From the IMG/VR virus record IMGVR_UViG_3300049571_000380, positions 32,001 to 96,000 of that record: a stretch of DNA of 64,000 nt; one strand, given 5' to 3'. The stretch is from a virus. The notes beneath the pieces were generated by a model, which searched no databases, was not told the DNA's origin, and saw nothing but the letters and a program-made list of their open reading frames with translations. Within the stretch, counting starts at the first letter, position 1. Each line of letters opens with the position of its first letter. This document shows positions 9,123 to 17,451 of this stretch, piece by piece. Position numbers and translations under genes: made by a program.

Positions 9123-9506
9123 TCACAGCTTGTCGATCATGTCCCGGTACTCCGCCGCACGCTCCGGCGGCACCCGCTTGCCGAGTACTTCCGACTCCAG
9201 CAGGCCGCGCGCCGTCTCGTGGAACGTCTGGCGGGACAGGGAGGCCAGGCGCGGGCGCGGGCGTCCGTCGTGGTCGCGCGTGGTCACGTGGTCGGGCTTG
9301 AGGACCGTGAAGGTGTAGACCCTCCCGTCGGTCATCTCCGCCACGCCCCGCGCGATGCAGTTCGGATCGCCCGGCATCATGTCGAACGTGATCTCCCGCG
9401 CCACCGTGTGGCCGCTCACGTCCTCCCCGCGCCCGTACTGGTAACCGTTCGGCCCGTACGGCGCAGAACCGTCCCACCACACCCCGCGCGTCATGGATTC
9501 CTGCAT
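9123..9506 (-). CDS. hypothetical protein
   Basis: Start after ACGGGAAGGGAGAAAC. Confidence 0.75.
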   Translation of the reverse strand: MQESMTRGVWWDGSAPYGPNGYQYGRGEDVSGHTVAREITFDMMPGDPNCIARGVAEMTDGRVYTFTVLKPDHVTTRDHDGRPRPRLASLSRQTFHETARGLLESEVLGKRVPPERAAEYRDMIDKL

Positions 9507-9557
9507 GATCCCGTTTCTCCCTTCCCGTTCTTCCTGTCTGGCCTAGGTCACCGGATG

Positions 9558-9956
9558 TTAGCGCATCCGGGCAACGCGCTGGAACGTCCCCGACTCCACG
9601 GCCAGACGCAGCCACGCCAGACGGACCGATTCCATGTCACCGCGCGGGCCGGTCGCGTACTCGTCGCCGTCCGCCGTGATCACCACGCCCCGGTAGCTGG
9701 GCACGGCCCCGGCCGCGTCCCGGAACCCGTCGCGCTCCACGGCCACGGCCACGGCGCGCACCCGACGCGGCCCCGGGACCTTGACCGACTCCGGCAGGTT
9801 GACGCGCATCCCGGCCACCAGGATCAGCGGGCCGTCAACCTTGCGCGTCGGGGTCCCGCCGATGAACTGGACCGCTCCCGCACCCGCGTTCATCCCGACC
9901 CCGGGGAAGTCCTCCCGGACGTCGTCCCCCAGCTTTTCCAGCGTGACAGCACCCAT
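9558..9956 (-). CDS. hypothetical protein
   Basis: Start after GGGAAGAGAGAGG. Confidence 0.75.
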   Translation of the reverse strand: MGAVTLEKLGDDVREDFPGVGMNAGAGAVQFIGGTPTRKVDGPLILVAGMRVNLPESVKVPGPRRVRAVAVAVERDGFRDAAGAVPSYRGVVITADGDEYATGPRGDMESVRLAWLRLAVESGTFQRVARMR

Positions 9957-10054
9957 GATCGTTTCCTCTCTCTTCCCGTGTCTCGTCCCTCACTCCCGGA
10001 CGATTCGGCCGGAACCCCGCCGGGGCGGAGTCCGACCGGACCGCACGGCCGTGA

Positions 10055-10816
10055 TCAGCGGCAGAGCGCTTCCGTCGTGCCGTCGTTCTTGACCTCCCAC
10101 CAGCAGTCACCGGAGGGGAGTTCCGACAGGCTCACGGTCACACGGTTCGGGTCATCCTCCCGCTTGATCAGCGACCCGTCTTCCATGACCGTGATCCCGT
10201 ACGGGTTGGCGTTCAGCTCCCGCAGCGCCGTGTCACACGCGGCCGGACCGTTCCCGCATTCCGTCCACGCCTGCCACGCCAGGTAGCCACCCTCGATGAT
10301 CAGGTCACGCTCCCGGTTGTCCGTGTCCGAGACTCCGGCCGGGGGTGCGGGGGACTCCGCCGCGTCCGCGTCGCTCCCGCCGAACAGTCCCAGGGTCCAC
10401 CCCATGATCAGCAGGACGATCACGCACGCCGCGCCCACGAGCCCGTACACGATGCGCTCCGGCAGGGTGAGCGTCCCGCTCCCGTCGGTCGGCATGGCCG
10501 CCCACGGCTCACGTGAGGGCATGGGAGGGACCTCCCGGGACTTCCGCGCGGGGGCGCCGTACTCGGCCGGGAGCGGGGCGCCCCGCCGGTACTGCGGGTC
10601 ACTCGCGGTCCCCTTCGCGTCCCGGATCAGTTCGCCGACCACTCCCGCGAACCGGTCCGCCGCCGGACCCTCCGACCGCGCGCCCCGGTAGGCCGCCGCC
10701 GCCGCGCCGAACGCCTCCCAGAACATCGCGGTCTGGTCCTCCCGCAGTCCCTCGAACTCCGGGGTCACGCGCTCCCGCGCTCCCTCGATTTCCTGCGCAA
10801 CCGTGATCGTGCTCAT
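10055..10816 (-). CDS. single-pass membrane protein
   Basis: IVYGLVGAACVIVLLIMGWTLGLF TM helix; SD GGGAAGGGG. Confidence 0.75.
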   Translation of the reverse strand: MSTITVAQEIEGARERVTPEFEGLREDQTAMFWEAFGAAAAAYRGARSEGPAADRFAGVVGELIRDAKGTASDPQYRRGAPLPAEYGAPARKSREVPPMPSREPWAAMPTDGSGTLTLPERIVYGLVGAACVIVLLIMGWTLGLFGGSDADAAESPAPPAGVSDTDNRERDLIIEGGYLAWQAWTECGNGPAACDTALRELNANPYGITVMEDGSLIKREDDPNRVTVSLSELPSGDCWWEVKNDGTTEALCR

Positions 10817-10882
10817 GTCCCGTGTTCCCCTTCCCGACGGGCCCCGGGGATCTCCCGGGGCCCGTGATCCTGCCGAGTGTGG

Positions 10883-12670
10883 TTACTTGCCAGCCTTGCG
10901 CGCGACCCCGTCCAGAGCCTTGCGCGCGGTCGCGCGGGTGATCTCCCCCGCCTTCCACCCCGCCGGGCGCCGCTCACCCTTCGGGGCGAACTCCGGGCGC
11001 GGCTCGTGCGAGACGACACCCGCGCACGTCCCCTCAGCGAACGATCCGACCGAAGCGGCCTTACGTCCCGCCTTGCGCTCCGCCGTGGACGCGATCTCGC
11101 CCCGCGCGATGGCAGCCGCGCGCTCCGCCTCCCGCTTCGCCTTGCGCTCCCGCAGGATGGTTCCGACGATCGTCGAGTGACGACGACGCCATCCGCGCGA
11201 CTTGCCCTTGTGCGCGATCTCCGGGAGTTCCCCGCACGCCACGCACTCACGGCCGGTCACTTCCGGGTCAATCCCGGGCCGCACGGTCGCGGGAAGCTGT
11301 CCCGTTCCCGCCTTGCCGATCCATCCGCCGGGCTGCACGGGCGCCATGTTCTGTGAACCGGTGTTCGCCGCGCCGTCCACCGAACCGTGCCCCCGGGACA
11401 GTGCCAGCCGCGCACCCTTGCGCACCGTGGCGCCCGTGTCCGCCCCGCCCTTGAACTCCCGCGCGTCCGCGCCCCGCTCTTCGATCTCCGCCGCGCGCCG
11501 CTTGTCAGCGGAGGCAGGGTCACCGGGCACGCTCCCGTGTTCCACGATCTCAATCGACTTGGACGACAGGCCCTTACCGGCCGGAGTGGCGACGCCGCCC
11601 ACGTTGTGCTTGCCGATCTTGTCGACGTCCGCGCCCGCGCCCGTGGCCTCCCGCACTTCCACGCCGTTGTGCTTGCGCATGCCGCCCTCACGGCTCACCG
11701 CGATCACCCGGGCGCACTCCGGGCACTTGCCGGAGTGCTTGCCGTTGTAGTCGTCGGGGACGCTCACCGTGTGGTCATCCCGCATGACGCGCGTCCCGGG
11801 TGCCGGAGCCGAACCGGTCCCCTCGCACTTGATCTTGGAAACCTTCGGGCCGGATTCCTTGCCTCCCGCACCCCCGGGCAGGAGCGGAATGTACGTCGTG
11901 CACTCCGGGCACTTCCCGTGCGTCCGCTCCGGGTTGACCGTGGAAACCTCACCCTTGAACGTGCAGACCAGAATTTCGGCCGCACTCCCGGAAACCGTCC
12001 CGCTTGCCAGGCTCACCGTTCCGGGCGCGGGCAGTGCCGCAATCTCCGCCGGAACCGCGCCGCCGTTCGCGTAGTAGCGTTCTACGGCCTCCCGCATCTC
12101 AGCGTGCGTCAGACCGGTCACGCCGACCGTTTCGCCGTCCGCCGCCGCCGGGGCAACCGTGGCGGAGTCCTCCCGCTTAGCGGCCTCCCGCGCCTCCCGC
12201 TGGTCTGCGAGCCGCTTACGCTCCCGCGCCACGGCCGCGCCCCGCTTGCTCTGGACAATCGCGCCCTTGACGTCCGCCGGAGTGAGTTCCCGCACGGCCG
12301 GAGCGGAGTCCTCCCGCGTGTCCGTCCCGTTCACCTCCGCCGCGCTGAACAGTTCCGCCATGTCGTCCGCGCCGAACTCCCACGCGTGACGCTCACCGCG
12401 CGCCGATTCGAGCGCAGCGCTCCCGTCCGCCGTGGCCAGCCACTCGACACACTTCGGGCACCGCTTGTCACCCTGGAATTTCTCGGAAGCCTTTTCCGCC
12501 GGGATGCTCCCGCCGCATGCCCGGATCACCCGGGCGCCGCTCCCGCCTACCGGGTCACCCTGGCAACCGGCCGGAATGAACACCGCGTGTCCCGCGCCCC
12601 GCTCACCCTGCCCGTACATCCGGGCGAAACCGTCGCACGAAACCGCCAGAACCTTGCCCGTAACGTTCAT
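10883..12670 (-). CDS. large Ala/Gly-rich protein with repeated Zn-ribbon motifs
   Basis: KRCPKC, HGKCPEC, HSGKCPEC, CVACG; start MNVTGK after GGAAAG. Confidence 0.7.
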   Translation of the reverse strand: MNVTGKVLAVSCDGFARMYGQGERGAGHAVFIPAGCQGDPVGGSGARVIRACGGSIPAEKASEKFQGDKRCPKCVEWLATADGSAALESARGERHAWEFGADDMAELFSAAEVNGTDTREDSAPAVRELTPADVKGAIVQSKRGAAVARERKRLADQREAREAAKREDSATVAPAAADGETVGVTGLTHAEMREAVERYYANGGAVPAEIAALPAPGTVSLASGTVSGSAAEILVCTFKGEVSTVNPERTHGKCPECTTYIPLLPGGAGGKESGPKVSKIKCEGTGSAPAPGTRVMRDDHTVSVPDDYNGKHSGKCPECARVIAVSREGGMRKHNGVEVREATGAGADVDKIGKHNVGGVATPAGKGLSSKSIEIVEHGSVPGDPASADKRRAAEIEERGADAREFKGGADTGATVRKGARLALSRGHGSVDGAANTGSQNMAPVQPGGWIGKAGTGQLPATVRPGIDPEVTGRECVACGELPEIAHKGKSRGWRRRHSTIVGTILRERKAKREAERAAAIARGEIASTAERKAGRKAASVGSFAEGTCAGVVSHEPRPEFAPKGERRPAGWKAGEITRATARKALDGVARKAGK

Positions 12671-12728
12671 GATCTTCCCGCTTTCCGTTGTCCGTGCGCC
12701 CGCTTTCCGGGGCGCATCTGCCGACAGT

Positions 12729-12908
12729 TCACGCCTTACGCGACGTGAACAGAACTCCCGCATTCCCGTTTGCCAGGGCCCCGACCCAATCGGCCGTTTC
12801 GCTGTAACCCCCGGGGAGGGGGCGCCACTGAATCTCGCGCCCCCGGCGGTACGTGATCCCGCTTTCCGAGATCGTCACCGTTCCGCCATTGTCAAGCCTG
12901 ATCACCAT
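12729..12908 (-). CDS. hypothetical protein (59 aa), first gene of the leftward array
   Basis: MVIRLDNGGTVTISESG; SD GGAAGG. Confidence 0.6.
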   Translation of the reverse strand: MVIRLDNGGTVTISESGITYRRGREIQWRPLPGGYSETADWVGALANGNAGVLFTSRKA

Positions 12909-14087
12909 TGCCGGAATCCTTCCCGAACCTCCATGCGGAGGGAAGAACAGACAGGGTTCACCCGTACTGAGTTGCCCGGTTCTAGACCGTTGCCCAATCG
13001 GACGTGAGTTGTGTTGTCTGTTCGTGCTCACCGCACGGTGAGTGTGGAACATCCCGGGGGAAACGGCGCCGCATCGGAGCGCGTCCCGTAATCCGTGGCG
13101 GATTCGGCGCGTCGCAACGTGTCGCGTCCGAATCCCCCGGGGGACGGGAGCGCTAAGCGTCTCCCGTCCGTCGCGGGCAGGGGTTCCGACACCCCTGGTA
13201 TCCCGCCGTACCGTGCAACGTCACCCGACGGTTTCCCGTCCGTCGAGAGTTGCTGATCATCCATGCCGTACCCGCATGGTGCGTTTGACTGATAGGCCGA
13301 CTCCCGCAAACCGGTCACCCGGGGAGTGTCCCGGGGCGATTCTGGCACTCCGCACGGGCATTGATCCCGCACCACACGTGCCTTACGTGATTGGGCCGGG
13401 GGTTATCGCGCTTGCGTTGTCCGGACCGGCTAACTTCCGCCTCCCGGCGGTAGTGCTTCGCTGCCTACGCTTTCCACGGTATTCCCGTTCCCCCGTGCGC
13501 TCAGGTTGCGCCTGTAAGGGGACCGACTAGGGACCGGTATTCACGTGCGGGTCCAGACAGACAACGCAAGGGTTTGGGTCGCTCGCCCCGTTGTGGCCTA
13601 TCAGGGGGCCCCTTTTCCGGCTAGGGGGCCCGTACCGTTTGCGCCGCTCCCACACTCCCGGGTGCGCCCGGGGATCGTGTGCGGGAGGGCTCCGAAAATC
13701 ACAAGGAACCGCATTCGAGTGCATCCCGCGCCATTACGGCTAGCGCGCTCCGCTCCCGTCCGCCGCATCGCGGGGAATCGTGCCTCCCGCTTTCCCGCCC
13801 GACGGCACCCGGTTGCCCGGCGCGTCAGTGCTTCGGATGCGCGCTCCCCGGTCACCCCCCGCGCTAAGCGGAGGAACACCCGGGGGCGTGTTGCCCGGGG
13901 ATGGGACCCGGGCGGTCGTGCTGTGCGCCCCGCGCCGCGTCCCGCCGGAGCGGGCGCCGCGTCGTGGCGACAGGCCAAACACCACCACACTCATGGCTGC
14001 CATTGCAGGTGTGGGGTTGCTGACGGCATGTCATGTGATCAAGAAACGTGCAGGTCAGAGCGCTACCGCACTTCAGGACCAGGAACG

Positions 14088-14103
14088 TGTGACGCAGATC
14101 ACA
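14088..14103. promoter_or_regulatory. CRP/FNR-family-type box TGTGA-CGCAGA-TCACA
   Basis: Perfect TGTGA-N6-TCACA. Confidence 0.55.
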
Positions 14104-14332
14104 ATGGGCTCTGACCTGCGGAAACGACGAGTTCAAGATTTTTCTCGAAAAAGGTTCTCGCAACTCTTGCACCTGCGGAAACGTCAGACACGAATCTGTT
14201 TGTGCAGGTCAGAGGCATGGAGATCGTACCGGACTTCACGACACGAAACGGACATGTACGACAGATGGGTCAAGAATTTGCGGTGAGCAAACGGATGAGC
14301 AAATCGGTAGGTGTAGCAAGCATCGATAAAAA

Positions 14333-14348
14333 TGTGACGCAGGTCACA
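14333..14348. promoter_or_regulatory. CRP/FNR-family-type box TGTGA-CGCAGG-TCACA
   Basis: Perfect TGTGA-N6-TCACA; 17/22 match to AAATGTGATCTAGATCACATTT. Confidence 0.6.
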
Positions 14349-14848
14349 TGTACAAACTCGGACATAGCTACGCGAGACAGGCAGGGACGGGGAGGGTTTC
14401 GGGTGCGAGGAAGGTGACCCAACCTGTGTGCATAGCTCCCACATGTCCGGTTCATACACGTACGCGCACGTCAGCGCTGCGACCTGCGATGTATATACAG
14501 AGAGTGAGAAGCAAGTGAGGGTCAACCACTCTTAGTTACTTATGTGAGCGGGATCGCTCCGCTTTCTCGCGCTCGAAACCGGTACAGCGAACTGTCGAAA
14601 CCGCAGGTCACAGCGTTGTCCCGAATGTCGGAGTTTGCAGTGATCATGCTGCTGACCTGCGGAAACTCGGAATGCTCCCGGAGTGCAGCACGTCTAGCGC
14701 GCTCCCACATTGCAGGAACATGTGTGTAGGTATGTCTGATTTGAGAGGGAAGGGAAGGGTGTGGGAAGAATGCGAAGCTGAGGGGGAGTGAGCTGCACAG
14801 ATGAGCACGTGAGTACACATGTGAGCAGTGAGCGGGAGCGCAGGGGTG

Positions 14849-14880
14849 CGAGCGCACGCGCGTGCATGCGCGTGCGCTCG
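14849..14880. repeat. 32-bp near-perfect palindrome of alternating purine-pyrimidine
   Basis: CGAGCGCACGCGC-GTGCAT-GCGCGTGCGCTCG. Confidence 0.9.
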
Positions 14881-15088
14881 GGTGCGGGTGCGCGGACGCG
14901 TCGCGCGTGGCGCGCGTGTGCCTGCCCGCCCGGGTGCCTGTGAGCGCGCATGCTGCGCCCCGGTACGGGGTGCCATGGGGGGGCGCGTGAGCGGGTGATC
15001 ACTCGGTATGCAGGGTGCGCATGATCATGCGTTTATCTGTGCGGGTGAGCGCACGTGAGCGGGAGCGGGAACGCGCGGGAATTCAGGG

Positions 15089-15480
15089 GGAATGCGGGAG
15101 CACTCGGAACGGGAATGCGCGGGTATCTCGATATCGGTATTTCGCATTCACGTCTGTACTGCTCACACCTATTACACACATACACATGAACCTATGCAGT
15201 GCAAGGAAAGCGGGAGGTGAGAGAAAAGGAAAGCGAGGGGAAACGGGAAGCGCATTCGGAATCGGTATAGCTGCTATCTCTCGCCACTCACACAGGGAAT
15301 GCGGGGAGAAATGCAACAGATGGAATGCAGGGGGAGTGCGCAGCAATGGGAGGGATGGAATGCAGGGGGATCAACAGCTAGCTAATGCAGGGATACCCAG
15401 GCTCTATCCACCAGCTCTGCATCTCACGTCAACGCACACATACATGCACAATGAATGCACATGGATATGCAAGGGAATGC
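15089..15480 (+). repeat. six same-strand GGAATGC copies (15089, 15112, 15296, 15322, 15357, 15474)
   Basis: Read directly; a further copy at 14669. Confidence 0.8.
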
Positions 15481-15635
15481 GAGCGGGAGTGCGAGCGGTG
15501 CAGGTGGGAGAAAACCTGCGGGAAATTCGCGGGAAATTCTGTCGGGATTTACTCACGTTAGAAAACCAAATGCGGAATTTAATTTGAATTTGGGTCCCAG
15601 GTTAGGACCATGCATCCATCCCCGCACTTTTCGCT

Positions 15636-15878
15636 TCAGCCGTTTTGTACCTTCTCCGTGCGATCCCTCAGAGCCGCGAGCACCTCTTGTGCCGAGAGTT
15701 CGCTCCGCAGTTCCTTGCTCTTCAGCCACTGCCGGTGTGTGAAGATCACGCATTCCATCGAGCAGAACGGATCCCCGGAGAGCTTCCAGCACACGGGCCC
15801 TTCTCCCGTTGCATCGTCGTCCGGCGGGATCTCGTCGCCACAGCGGGGGCACTGCGCGGAATCAGTAGGAGTAGTCAT
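15636..15878 (-). CDS. hypothetical protein with CxxC...FCSxxC (TRASH-like Zn) motif
   Basis: CPRC...FCSMEC. Confidence 0.7.
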   Translation of the reverse strand: MTTPTDSAQCPRCGDEIPPDDDATGEGPVCWKLSGDPFCSMECVIFTHRQWLKSKELRSELSAQEVLAALRDRTEKVQNG

Positions 15879-15980
15879 CGCAGATTCCCAGCTTTGTCAG
15901 GATCCAGTGAAGCGGTGAACGGATGCGAAGGCACCGGGGGCACACCAGTGCGTTCCCGATCCACGCCTTCGTGCGCGCCT

Positions 15981-16310
15981 TCACCGGCACTCGTTCAGCG
16001 CGTAGGGAAGCATCGCGGTCGCCTCCGGCTGGGAGTAGCCCGCCGCCTCGATCGCCGCCAGCATGAGCCGGTAGTCCGGGGAAGAACTCGCGGTCGCACT
16101 TCCGCCGATCTCACCCTCACCGGGAAGGGGTCCGGCGGCTGCCGCGCAGACGGCCGCCTGCTCGTCCCAGGTCATGTCGTTCCAGCGCTCGGAGACCTTC
16201 TTCAGGTCCGCCGAGGCCGTCGATGAGGGCTCGGGGGTGTCCGAATCCCCGCCGGAACAGGCGGTGAGCGCCGCCAGGAGCACGGGAACGACCAGCAGGG
16301 ACCTCTTCAT
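15981..16310 (-). CDS. lipoprotein
   Basis: MKRSLLVVPVLLAALTA-C lipobox; SD AAGGAG. Confidence 0.8.
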   Translation of the reverse strand: MKRSLLVVPVLLAALTACSGGDSDTPEPSSTASADLKKVSERWNDMTWDEQAAVCAAAAGPLPGEGEIGGSATASSSPDYRLMLAAIEAAGYSQPEATAMLPYALNECR

Positions 16311-16462
16311 GGGGTGCTCCTTGGGGAAAACCATCCGGGATACCCGGAATCCTAAGTCCTGAGCCCGGAAAAATCTCGCTGCACACCCCCCTATGGGCCG
16401 AACTCCAGTTCGATTACAGGTTCCCCTTGGGAACGTCACCCCGGGTAGGGGATGGTGGGTGC

Positions 16463-16669
16463 ATGGACGTCACCGACATCAACGAGTTCAGGAAGAAGAG
16501 TGCTGCGAGTCAAGGGGGTTACGACGGTGCCGTGTGCCGCTTCTGCGGTGAGGCGTGGTTCCAGCTCAACGGGGATCCGGTCGGCCTGGTGTGCATCTCG
16601 GAGGACGGCTCGATCACGGGATACGCCGGATACCTGTACTGCTCCTCGTGCGGGAGGCCCCATCGGTGA
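16463..16669 (+). CDS. small Zn-ribbon protein
   Basis: CRFC...CSSC. Confidence 0.65.
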   Translation: MDVTDINEFRKKSAASQGGYDGAVCRFCGEAWFQLNGDPVGLVCISEDGSITGYAGYLYCSSCGRPHR

Positions 16670-16737
16670 TCCGATGTGCTACCCGCGTAGAGTTCCTTCC
16701 GTGCAGAGTTAGTTACTCTCACCCGTAATTATCTCTG

Positions 16738-17034
16738 CTAAGAGCCTTCGCAGTGTTCGGAGGTCTCCAGGGGAGAGGGCCCCGTGCCCATGAAGCCGAT
16801 GCCTGCGCCGGAGGTGTAGACGACATCGATGTCCGAGCCTTCGCGTCCCGGTAAGGCCAGCTTCACCCGGTCCGCCTCGACGGCCGCGAAGCGCAGCTCC
16901 TCGCGGTGGGTGTCCAGGAAACCGCCCCAGATGTACAGGCCACGGTTCTTGCTGGAGTCGATGAACGCCGTCACGCCGACGGTCTCGCCGTCCAGGGTGA
17001 GCACCGCAGGACCCACGTAGAAATCCATCGCCAT
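16738..17034 (-). CDS. DUF4873-like small beta protein, paralogue 1
   Basis: YVGPAVLTLDG...WGGFL. Confidence 0.6.
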   Translation of the reverse strand: MAMDFYVGPAVLTLDGETVGVTAFIDSSKNRGLYIWGGFLDTHREELRFAAVEADRVKLALPGREGSDIDVVYTSGAGIGFMGTGPSPLETSEHCEGS

Positions 17035-17142
17035 AGGGTGATCATGCAGCACGGAAGCGGTCCCCGTCCTGCTTGTGGAGACCGCTTCCCGGTGCGCTTC
17101 GGACCAGAGGCACCTTTTCGGTTGTCTCCGGTTCCTGCCCCC

Positions 17143-17451
17143 TCACACCCAGGACAGTCCTCTGGTCCTGTCCGTCGCCCCGAACGGGGGTTCTCCGTGG
17201 CCGGTGACAGTCAGCGGCCCGTCGGCGGGATCGCCCTCGCTGATCGTCACGTAGGTCTCGGGTCCGCCGATCGTCAGGAAGGCGTGATCCGAATGGAGGA
17301 TCAGGCCCTGGTCACGGGTGGAGATCACGTGCAGCACGCCGCCCCAGTAGCAGATGCCCTCGCCCTGATAGGAGGCGAGCTGCACGACGCCGTCGACCGT
17401 CTTGCCCTCGACCACCACGAAGGCGGGACCCTCGTACCGGTCGAGAATCAC
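17143..17451 (-). CDS. DUF4873-like small beta protein, paralogue 2
   Basis: YEGPAFVVVEG...WGGVL. Confidence 0.6.
   Translation of the reverse strand: MILDRYEGPAFVVVEGKTVDGVVQLASYQGEGICYWGGVLHVISTRDQGLILHSDHAFLTIGGPETYVTISEGDPADGPLTVTGHGEPPFGATDRTRGLSWV

Larger units (their letters stand above)
14050..14666. repeat. cluster of GCAGGTCA / TGACCTGCGGAAAC motifs, with inverted pairs 14050-14061/14108-14119 and 14601-14610/14653-14662
   Basis: Read directly; 12-bp and 10-bp perfect inverted repeats. Confidence 0.85.
12909..15635. other. about 2.7-kb non-coding control or terminus region
   Basis: No convincing ORF; lower GC, strand-asymmetric, many repeated motifs; genes diverge or change organisation around it. 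Confidence 0.75.

Noticed and set aside
14542-14552. TGTGAGCGGGA resembling a lac operator half-site
   Set aside because: Single partial match with no symmetric partner; chance
12909-15635. tRNA/tmRNA or protein genes in the large gap (e.g. ORFs 13028-13375, 13780-14286, 15015-15587)
   Set aside because: No cloverleaf with T-loop/CCA seen; ORFs lack SDs and have atypical, low-complexity composition. A structured ncRNA cannot be excluded without a covariance search
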